Assembly (NCBI RefSeq): GCF_009914755.1
Contig: NC_060937.1
Reading direction: 5' to 3' (one strand)
Source: the human T2T-CHM13v2.0 reference genome, Homo sapiens
DNA: 64,000 bases
The notes under the pieces: model-generated
The model's database searches: none
The model's input: the letters and a program-made list of their open reading frames with translations, nothing else
What the model was told of the DNA's origin: nothing
Part shown: positions 54,752 to 64,000 of the stretch, piece by piece
How the letters are laid out: each line of letters opens with the position of its first letter
How positions within the stretch are numbered: the first letter of the stretch is position 1
Made by a program: the position numbers and the translations under genes

Positions 54752-55219
54752 TTCAGTAATCAATATATTGTTAGTCAATATATTTCACATCCTCTTAAAA
54801 TAATTTTCTTAAAATAAATTTATGTATTTTTTTCAGGAACCATAGATAAATATTCCTATTACCTATCTAAATTTGGTAAATGGTATTATGTCATTATTTT
54901 ATAATACCATTATAAAACTAAATTTGGTTTATATATTATATATTAAAATTGGTTAATAATATAATAACATTAACCAAATTTAGCAACATTATATGTTTAA
55001 ATGTGTAAAAATATATATGATAATAATAATTTTATAATATCACTTATTTAAACATTCAAAGTTAATTTTTACTCATAAGTGATTCAGGATGGGGAACTAT
55101 GTTGTATAATTAGTCTTACTTTAACCACCATACTTAATTTAAGGAGAAAAGCTGGTCCTCTTTTTTTTTCAGAAAAAAAAATATTAAGTTGTGCTTTACT
55201 ACTTATATATTGCCTAGAC

Positions 55220-55432
55220 CATTGTTTCTTAACCTTAACACTATTGAGATTTGGGGTCATATAATTCTTTTTTGTGAGGGCTATTTTGTGCATTGTTGGA
55301 TATTTAACTAGTTATCCCGGCCTGCTACCAAACTAGATGAAGTAGAAATTCCTAGCCATGGCAATCAAAAATGTCTCCAGACATTGCATATGTCTTCTGG
55401 GAGCAAAATCATCCCCAGTTTGAGAAGTACTT
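55220..55432. mobile_element. MER20 hAT-Charlie DNA transposon
   Basis: 'aaccttaacactattgagatttgg...caaaaatgtctccagacattgc...ccccagtttgagaa'; perfect 8-bp TSD gcctagac (55212-55219, 55433-55440). Confidence 0.92.
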
Positions 55433-56094
55433 GCCTAGACTCTTCAGCTTACAAGGACCTTACATTGTTTTGTTAAATAAAATACTGTAATTTAATTATT
55501 GCATTGCTTTACTACCAGATTCTGTACATTTTCAAAATGCAAATGCCATATGAATGTAAAGCACAATAAAGAATAGGGGCATTTTCATAAGCCACGTAGT
55601 CAGAGTGTAGCCTATAAAGAGTTGTCTTATTCTTATTTTCATACTAACACATCAAAGTAAATGAGAAAAAGAAACAGAAAAAAATTAACGTAGGTTTTTG
55701 CTCTACCTGAGGACTTTTTACTCTGTGCTGAAAACATAAGAATTAATATATTTTTCCACAGTCTGTTGTTTTACATGGCCAACCACTTTTATGTAGTATC
55801 AATTACACAGATTTTTATTTTTTTCTTATATTGTTACTACTTTTGATTTGTTTAGGTTGATAAATCAGATTAGTTGATACTTCCAAATGCATAAGACACT
55901 TTTCTGATTGGATTTTCAAATCCCTTTGGTGTTTTAAGAAGTTGTTAATGCTTTGTCATATAATGTATTATTGATACTGAAATCTTTTTGGAAGATATTA
56001 AACAGAACTGAACGGTGATTGTGATTATTGTAATTTGATCAAGTGAGGAGGGCTAGTAAATATATTTGTCTATCTTTTTATTTATTAATTTGTA

Positions 56095-56661
56095 TATTAA
56101 TTTTTATTTATAATTGACTCATAATAATTATAAATATTTATGGAGTACACTGTGATGTTCACTGCATGTATACATAATATAATGATCACATTGTGGTAAT
56201 TACCATATCCGTGACTTTGAACATTTATTATTTCTTTGTGGTGACAGCATTCAAAATGTTCTCTTCTAACTTTCTTGAAATATACACATTGCTATAGTCA
56301 CTCTACTGTCTAACATTAAAAATATTCTTCCTGTCTAAGTGTAATTTTGTAACCATTGACAAACCCTCTCCCCTCCTCAGTCTCTTGTAACCACTATTCA
56401 ACTCTCTACTTCTATGAAATCATGTTTTTTAGATTCCACATACAAGTGAGATCATGCAGTGTTTGTTTCTCTGTTCCTGGCTTTTTTCACTTAACATAAT
56501 ATCCTATAGGTTTATCTCTGTTGCTGCAAGTGACAAGATTTCATTCTGTTTTATAGCTGAATAGTATTCCATTTTTTATATAGATTACATTTTCTTTATT
56601 CATTCATCTGTAGATGGACATTTAGATTGATTCCACATCTTGGCTATTGTGAATAGTGCTG
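56095..56661 (-). mobile_element. L1MA 3' end fragment
   Basis: 'ttttagattccacatacaagtgagatcatgcagt', 'gattccacatcttggctattgtgaatagtgctg'. Confidence 0.92.
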
Positions 56662-57554
56662 TTCTTCTGCACTTTTGTCCCCATCCTGTAGAACTTGCAA
56701 TCAGTTCCTGAACTCATCAAAATAACAAATTTTCTCTCACACTCTCTCTTTCACACACAGTCTATATTTATATGTACAATAAATATGAAATAATTATATA
56801 GAGTGTGTATTCATAAATATGTATACATACATAGAGAATGAGAGAAACAGAGGGAATGAGAGAGAAGGAGGGAGAGAAAATCAATAACTGTTGATGTGAT
56901 GATGATGAAATCCCCATTAGTAATGGCCTAGACTTTAAGCACAAATAACCTTGAGGTTCTAGTTCCTAATACTATAAAACCCCTTCCTTTCTCATCTTTT
57001 ATTCAAATGCCTAGAATTCTAACATATTTAAACCTGAGCAAGAAGACAAATCTTATGAGAAGTTTAACATCAGAATATAATCTCTAAATATACTTACATC
57101 TAATATTTGTGGACCACAGTCAGATTTTCTCAAGTTATTAAATTTCTCAGAAAAATATTACATTTACAAAGGAGCATCAGAACATGATTGTTGTCTATTT
57201 TATTTAACAAAGTTCTTCACATAATATCTCACCCTCAGAAGTGAGGATGAAAGTAATACACTGAAATAATACATATTCCTAAACTAATCACTAAAGTCAG
57301 TTCAATAAAGTAAAAAGTCATTCAACAAAGTCAGTGATACTGTTGAAAGGCATATAAACACATGCTCTAATAATGAAAATCTATGTACATATGTGCTTAC
57401 ATAACTTTTCTAAAGTTAAATCAAATTAGAGAAAGAGCATTTTAAGTTTTACTAGAATATCTTTGGTAATCATATACACACAGAAAAAAAGTTTGTATTT
57501 TTTTGAGATGAGATTGTATGATGGTAATAACGAGTGCTATCCCTCCTAAAAATG

Positions 57555-57795
57555 TTTTTTTTCTAGTTTTATTGAGGTATGCTTGACAAACAAAAGTTGC
57601 ATATATTTAACATATACAATGTTATGTTTTGGTATACATATGTATAAACCATGAAATAATTACCACAATTAAGCTAATTAGCATATCCATGACCTCACAT
57701 ACCATACTTATGACTTTTGTGAATGTGTGGTGAGAGCACTTAAGATCAACTTTTTTTGTTTGGTGAATTTCAAGTATGCAATATAGCATCATTAA
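57555..57795 (-). mobile_element. L1MA/L1MB extreme 3' fragment
   Basis: 'tttattgaggtatgcttgacaaac...aagctaattagcatatccatgacctcacata...gtgagagcacttaagatc'. Confidence 0.85.
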
Positions 57796-57962
57796 GATTT
57801 CTTTTCTTCTTCTTAACCTATAGAGGCAAATACCATTCAAATTTCAGCATTTTGAACAAAAAATTATTAAAGTATTACCATACTAAAATTATAATACATT
57901 AAATTCTTAAATCATGGCATACATTAGATTATTTGGAATGACCCAGATTGTCACCAGAAAGA

Positions 57963-58214
57963 TCATGTAGGAAAATAATTAGACAGTACCAGTGTGGACA
58001 AGATGGAGGAGAGCACAGTAAGCACAGAGCAAATCCAGCTGCCTAGGACGGTACTACCATTGGCCGGGATACCAATACGGGACTCTAGTAACTGGACATG
58101 GCATGTCAGTACAAATGCCTTTGATTCTGGTAGGTCCGAGGATATGCGTGAATAGTAGTGGAGAGGGCAAACAAGCCAATTCTTACTCAAAAATGTAACT
58201 CTAATTGACTTTGC
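57963..58214 (-). other. Exon-like unique segment with strong acceptor and open frame, product unknown
   Basis: Minus strand 'ttcttctttctcttcttctttttgtccattagttatttgtttttgcag|CAAAG'; about 250 nt open to TGA; higher GC and retained CpGs. Confidence 0.25.
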
Positions 58215-59479
58215 TGCAAAAACAAATAACTAATGGACAAAAAGAAGAAGAGAAAGAAGAACATAGCGGAGTCCTCAAAATTCATTCTCAAATCCAAACT
58301 GGGACACATATTTTATTATAAAAACCACATTACATATTCAGCAGATACTTGAAACTCAGTCTGCATTTCTCACATAGCAAGAAACCAAAGTAATGGTAAA
58401 CAACCAAAAATCGAATGCAGGAAATTGTTTGTTTATGTGACACTCATAGCACTGGTCTTACAGTTTGTTCTTTAGAAAAACATTATTGCTGACACAATAT
58501 AAAAATTAAATTTCATGGTACAGCCAGTAGTTTCTAAGTAAAGTCTTATCGGGATGTATATTTCATAAATGCCCTTCCTGTTTATTAGAAAAAAAAAACT
58601 CTAAAAAGTACAAACTTATAAATAGTGATCAGGAAGATTGTACATTTTGTTCTTACTTGTAATATGTTTGTTCTTACTTGTTATATATTAAAAAGCACTT
58701 AAGAAACTTATTATTTCTTCTGCACATATGACCACACCTGAGTTACAATAAGTGATATTATGCAAACAAGCTGATAACCAGTGCACAAATAAATAGAAAA
58801 AATATATAGGTAGGTTAGATAATAAACAAAAGAAAAGAAAATAGTCCTCCAAACTAAATATGTGTTACATGGGCATTTTAAGCAAGTTAAAATATCCATC
58901 CATTCATTGAATATATATATATCTTTGTTACTGTAGACCAGGTGTTTTTCTACACCTTGGACAAACCTCAATAAACAAAACATACAAAATATATTACCAT
59001 GTAAAGTTTGTATTCTACTAGTAGAGGAAGTAATAGTGCTAAAGGAAAGCCAGAGGGAATGTAGCAGAGAAAGAAAGTATAAAATATTGAGTTAGGTGCT
59101 GAAATTTTGCATAAGATTGCCAAAGGAAACATTGTTGCATGGCCACAACCTGATCTTTGTGTCGACGACGCAATTTTGCCTTCTGGGCTCTTTCTCTATT
59201 AAATAGCTCCAGTAACACACATATGCACACATATATTCATATAAGCATATGGGTGTATAGTTATACATCATAACTATATTGATATAAAGATAAAATATTA
59301 CTATTATATATTAAAACATTGTATTTAACATAAAATTTTATGTTTTGAATATTTAAATAAATTAACATATTTTTGAAGGACTTTAAATATATCATTATTC
59401 CCTAGGTATTGTGTTTACTATGCCTAGGGGATGCATTAATGTTACTTAACTGAAAACATGTTTTCTGGGGGAAAAATGA

Positions 59480-60590
59480 TGAATAAAGTATCTCAGAAAT
59501 ATCTGGGGGAAATCATGCTAAAAGATCAATAGTTTAAACAGTCTGCATTTGGGATCTTTTTTGGAATATACAAGAGAAAGCAACAAGTCCAATGTAAACG
59601 AAGTAGAGTGAGGAAAGAAAATGTGAAGCCAAGTAGGAGACCAAGTGAGGGTCCTGCTGGAGAGTCTTTTATGATAGGCCCACAGACTTTACTCTGAGCA
59701 GGAAGTAAAGTTGTTGAAGGAATGTGTTCAGCAGAGAAATTATATGACCAGACATTCATTTGAACAGAATTACATGGTCTGAAGGAGGCAAGAACTGTTA
59801 TTTAGTCTCTTAAGATAGTACATAGGATGATGCTATTAAAAGGTAAAGATGTTTGGGAGGCCAAGGTGGGCAGATCACCTGAGGTCAGGAGTTCAAGACC
59901 AGCCTGGCCAACATGGTGAAACCCCATCTCTACTAAAAATGCAAAAATCAGCCAGGTGTGGTGGCGCATGCCTGTAATCCCAGCTACTTAGGAAGCTGAG
60001 ACAGGAGGATTGCTGGCACCCGGGAGGTGGAGGTTGCAGTGAGCCGAGACTGTGGCACTGTGCTTCAGCCTGGGGGACAAAAGCGAAACTCTGTCTCAAA
60101 AAAAAAAACAAAAATAGATATAGATGGTCACGGTAGTATTCTAGGGGAGAGGTAATTGTGTCTGGGACCAAGGTGGTGGCTGGAGGTGGCAACATGTGGT
60201 ATTAAGGCAAAGCTAAAAGCACTCGTTGGAAGACTATATGTGAAATTGAGAGGGAAAAAAAGAGGAGTGCAGAATTATATAAGGATTTATTGCTGAGAAA
60301 ATAAAAACACGCAACTGACATTTACAATTGATATGAGCAACTGAAGGAAGAATAGATATTGAAGAGAATGTTAAGTTTTGCATGTGTTATGTTTGTGGAG
60401 CTTACAGTTACACAAATGCAGATGTCAAGTAGGCATAGGATATCTGGACCTAGATTTCAAGAGAGATTTAGGGTTCATACATAGATGATATTTAGATACT
60501 GGGACTACATGAGATAGTCTAGAAAGTGAGGACAGTTTAAACAAAAATGATGAAGAACTGAGATGGAAGTACTCTAAGATATAATGGTGG
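59480..60590 (-). mobile_element. L2 remnant (interrupted by Alu)
   Basis: Purine-rich 'actttactctgag...tcagcagagaaattatatgaccagac' and 'gatgtcaagtaggca...gagagatttaggg...tatttag'. Confidence 0.6.
59852..60113 (+). mobile_element. 5'-truncated AluS
   Basis: Starts at 'tttgggaggccaagg'; rest complete with A tail. Confidence 0.95.
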
Positions 60591-60597
60591 GAGTGGT

Positions 60598-63122
60598 TGC
60601 TATGGTTTAAATGCCCCTTCCAAAATTCATAGTGAAATTTAATTCCCATGGTAACAGTGTTAATAGGCAGGGCCTTTAAAAGGTGATTAGGTCATCAGGG
60701 CTCTGCTCTCAAACATGGACTAATGCAATTATTACAGGAGATTACAGGAGTAGGTTATTTATCACAAGGGTGGGCTCCTGATAAAAGGATAAGTTCAACC
60801 CTTATTTTCTCTCTTTGTCTCTCTTGCTCACTTGCCCATCTGCCATGAAATAATAAAACAAAAAGGCTGCATATATCCAAGATTGTGGCATCTCATAAGA
60901 TACCAATGCCACAATCTTGGAATTCCCAGCTTTCAGACCCAAGAGTCAAACTCAATATCTTTTCTGTATTCATTACTTAGTCTTTGAAATTCTGATATAG
61001 CAACAGAAAATGGTGTAAGACATAAAATTGGTATCAAGAGTGGGGTTGTTTTTGTAACACATACCTAGAAATATGAAACTGCCTTTGGAATTGGATTATG
61101 TGTAGAAGCTAGAAGAATTTGGAGGACTAGGCAAGAAAAAGCCTGTATTGCTATGAATCGAGCATTGAAGGCAATTCTAGTGATGGCTCTGAAGACGAAG
61201 GGAGCTGTAGAAAAATTGTGGACCTTCTTAGAGATTCCTTATATGGTTGTGACCAAAATAGTGGTAGAAACAGAGGAATTAAAGGCCATTCTGATAAATT
61301 CTCAGATGAAAATGAGGAAAAAAGTGTTGGAAACTGGAGTAAAGAACATCTTTGTTCTAAATTACCAAAGACACTGGATGAAATTGTGTCCATATCTTAG
61401 GAGTTTATTAAATCCAGAACTTAAGAGAAATCAACTTAGATGTCTGATGGAAGAAATATCTAAGCAGCAAAGCATTCACACCACTATATGGCTACTTTTA
61501 ACCATGTACAATGAGATAGAAGAGAAAAAAAAGACTCAAAGATAAGAATTTATACTTAACAGAAAAACAGAACAAAAACATTTGAAAAGCTGTATCTTGG
61601 CCATGTTATGAGTGTAAAAGTATGTTCAGAAGATCAGACAAGTGTTGGACCAAGTGCCCATTTATTAAAGAGATTAATATGGATAGAATGAGCCAGGTGT
61701 TTTTTTTATCAAAGCAATTGGAAAAAGACCACAAAGGCATTTCAAAGATTTTTAAATCTTCCCCTCCAATCACAGGCCTTAGATCTAGGAGGGCAGAATG
61801 GTTATTAGAGATGAGCCTGGTGTACCCTCCACAGGCTCACTACCATGGCTGCCTCAGGACTCTGCTTCCCACATTCCAGCCCAGCATAGCTTTTCTGCCC
61901 TAGCTATGATTCAAGAAGCTCAGAAGTGACTCAACCCTCTGCACCAAAAGGTATGAGCAGTAAGCCTTGGCAATGCCCACATGGTGCTAATTCTACAGAC
62001 ATGCAGAATGGAGGAACTATGAAAGTGTGGCTTCTTCCACTTAGGTTTCAAAGGAAGTTGTGAACTTCCTGGAAGCCCAGGCAGCAACCTGCCACAGGAA
62101 AAGAGTTACTGCAAAGAGCCCTTACTAGGGCAATGCCGAGCAGAAGTATGGATTAGGAGCTGCCACAGAGAGTCCCCACTAGGGAAATGGGACCCATGGA
62201 AATTAGTTCATTCCCAAGAACACAGAACCATAGGGCTGTCAGCATGTAACTTCTGCCTAGGAAGCTGCAGGTATCAGACTCCAACCTGTGAGAGTTACTG
62301 GGTGGACTTACCCAACAAAACCATAGGGTAGGGGCTGCCTGAAGCTTTAGGGGCCTAAGCCTCCAGTCTGACCAGGACGTAAGACATGAAGTCAAAGGAA
62401 ATGATTCCTGAGCTTTAAGACTTAATGTTGTTTTCCTTGTTGGATTTTAGGCTTATTTAGGACAAGTTACACCTTTTGTTCTTGCCTAATTTTTTTTTAA
62501 TCTGGAATGGGAGTGTCTATTGTGTGCCTGTCCCCACCATTGTATTTTGGAAGTAGATAAGTTATTTTGATTTCACAGGCTATGGCTGGAGGGGATTTGC
62601 CTCAGGATGAATGGTGCTGTGAGTTTTATTCATATCTGATTTAGACAAGACTCTTCTGAAACAAGTTAAGAGTTTTGGGGATATTGGAATTGAATGAATG
62701 TATTTTGTATGTAAGAAATGCATGAGTTTTGGGGGGTAGAAGGGGCAGAATCCTATGGTTTGAATGTCTCCTCCCAAACTTATGTTGAAGTTTAATTGCC
62801 ATTGTAACAATGTTGAAAGGGAGGCTTTAAGACACGATTAGGTGATAAGGGCTGTGCCCTTATGAATGAATTAATGTCGTGCTAGTTATTGTGAGAGTGA
62901 GTTTCTGATAAAAGACTAAGTTTGTCCTCCATTTCCTTCATTTTTCTTATGTGCTAGCTTGCTCTTCAGTCATGGAATCCTGCAGCAAGAAGGCCTTAAC
63001 CAGATGACAGCATCATGCTCTTGGACTTTCCAGACTCCAAAACCATGAGCCAAAATAAATTTATTTTATAAATTACCTAGTTTGTAGAATTCTGGTATAG
63101 CAGCAGGAAACATACTAAGACA
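60598..63122 (+). mobile_element. Two-LTR MST (MSTC-like) MaLR provirus: 5'LTR 60598-61022, internal 61023-62750, 3'LTR 62751-63122
   Basis: Both LTRs begin t(g/c)ctatggttt and end taagaca; internal region begins 'aaaattggtatcaagagtgggg'; polypurine tract 'ggggggtagaaggggcagaa' precedes the 3'LTR. Confidence 0.9.
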
Positions 63123-63369
63123 ACTAAGTCATCGTATGTATATACTCTCTAGTCTAGAGCTGAATGTTCTAGAAGATTCCATTGGTATTTTAGGTATATT
63201 TTCATTATGAAATATTGTTTTACAGTCATTTGCTAGATGCCAGGGAGAATGTGCTAGATACTAAGTTCAACTGAAACTATGGATCACCTTCCAAAATATT
63301 TTCATTATGATCTATATGTCTAAACTAAGTATTCTCTAGATAAACATCTTATTTGTATAAATTTTAAGC

Positions 63370-63640
63370 CCTGTCTATGCACCAGGTGATTTTTAACAAC
63401 TTTCCATTAGGCAATTTATTCAAATTCTCACAGGGTCTCTCTTATAACGTTTAGAGTAGATACCATTATTAGTATATACCTCTACATACCTGAATACCTC
63501 CATTTCAAGATATACTCTATAATTTATCTTTGTAATATATACAGAAACTCAAGATTAGAGAACATATGCAAATTGCTTATGTATACCTCCATAATTATAC
63601 AATTGATAGGACCTGGATTTGACCCTGTGAAATCTCTTCA
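63370..63640 (-). mobile_element. MIR remnant
   Basis: 'ttctcaca...tagataccattatt...acagaaactcaagattagaga...ggacctggatttgaccc'. Confidence 0.5.
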
Positions 63641-64000
63641 ATAGGAGAACTCCACATTCAGAGTTCTCTCAAACTACATTGTATCAACCTTTTTACATTG
63701 TAAATATTGAGACTATATTAATTCTACTAGAAAAGCTTTATGGATAGGAGTATCTTCCTCTATATCCTATGTTTATAATTTGTGTATTTCTAACTAGTTT
63801 GGAAACATTGTACATGAACTTTTGATTTGATCATTTCCATTATAAGAGTTGTACGTTTTTCATTTTCTCTTTAATGTTTCCTCACAATGGCTTATATATA
63901 ATACCTTATCACTGTGCATTATAACATCAAAATGAAGCCAGAAAACATATTACTTAAAATAATAAAAGTCAAATCTACTTAATCAAAATTTTATTGTTGG

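Noticed and set aside
58646-58686. 21-bp tandem duplication (also attacaggag x2 at 60731-60750)
   Set aside because: Ordinary replication-slippage duplications

Overview
AT-rich primate (human-like) genomic DNA, intronic or intergenic. I found no confidently recognisable protein-coding gene, RNA gene or CRISPR array. The window is a mosaic of interspersed repeats: about 11 Alus (AluY/S/J), many L1M fragments, ERV1 solo LTRs (MER61, MER65, MER52, MER31/67-like), MaLR LTRs (THE1, MLT1), a near-complete two-LTR MST-type MaLR provirus (60598-63122), an ERVL remnant, hAT DNA transposons (MER33, MER5, MER20), L2/MIR relics and microsatellites. Most ORFs in the track are explained by these repeats or by chance. 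The most notable unexplained structure is four short, non-tandem, same-strand local duplications (27-183 bp, 0.9-1.9 kb apart). One is a MER52 LTR piece pasted into a neighbouring L1 with microhomology, which points to repeated templated-insertion repair. There are also several fold-back (template-switch) clusters, a strong minus-strand bias of L1/LTR elements (suggesting a plus-strand host transcript) and a few exon-like candidates in unique sequence. All repeat subfamily calls come from recalled consensus sequences and need RepeatMasker/Dfam confirmation. I see no well-supported novel multi-gene system.
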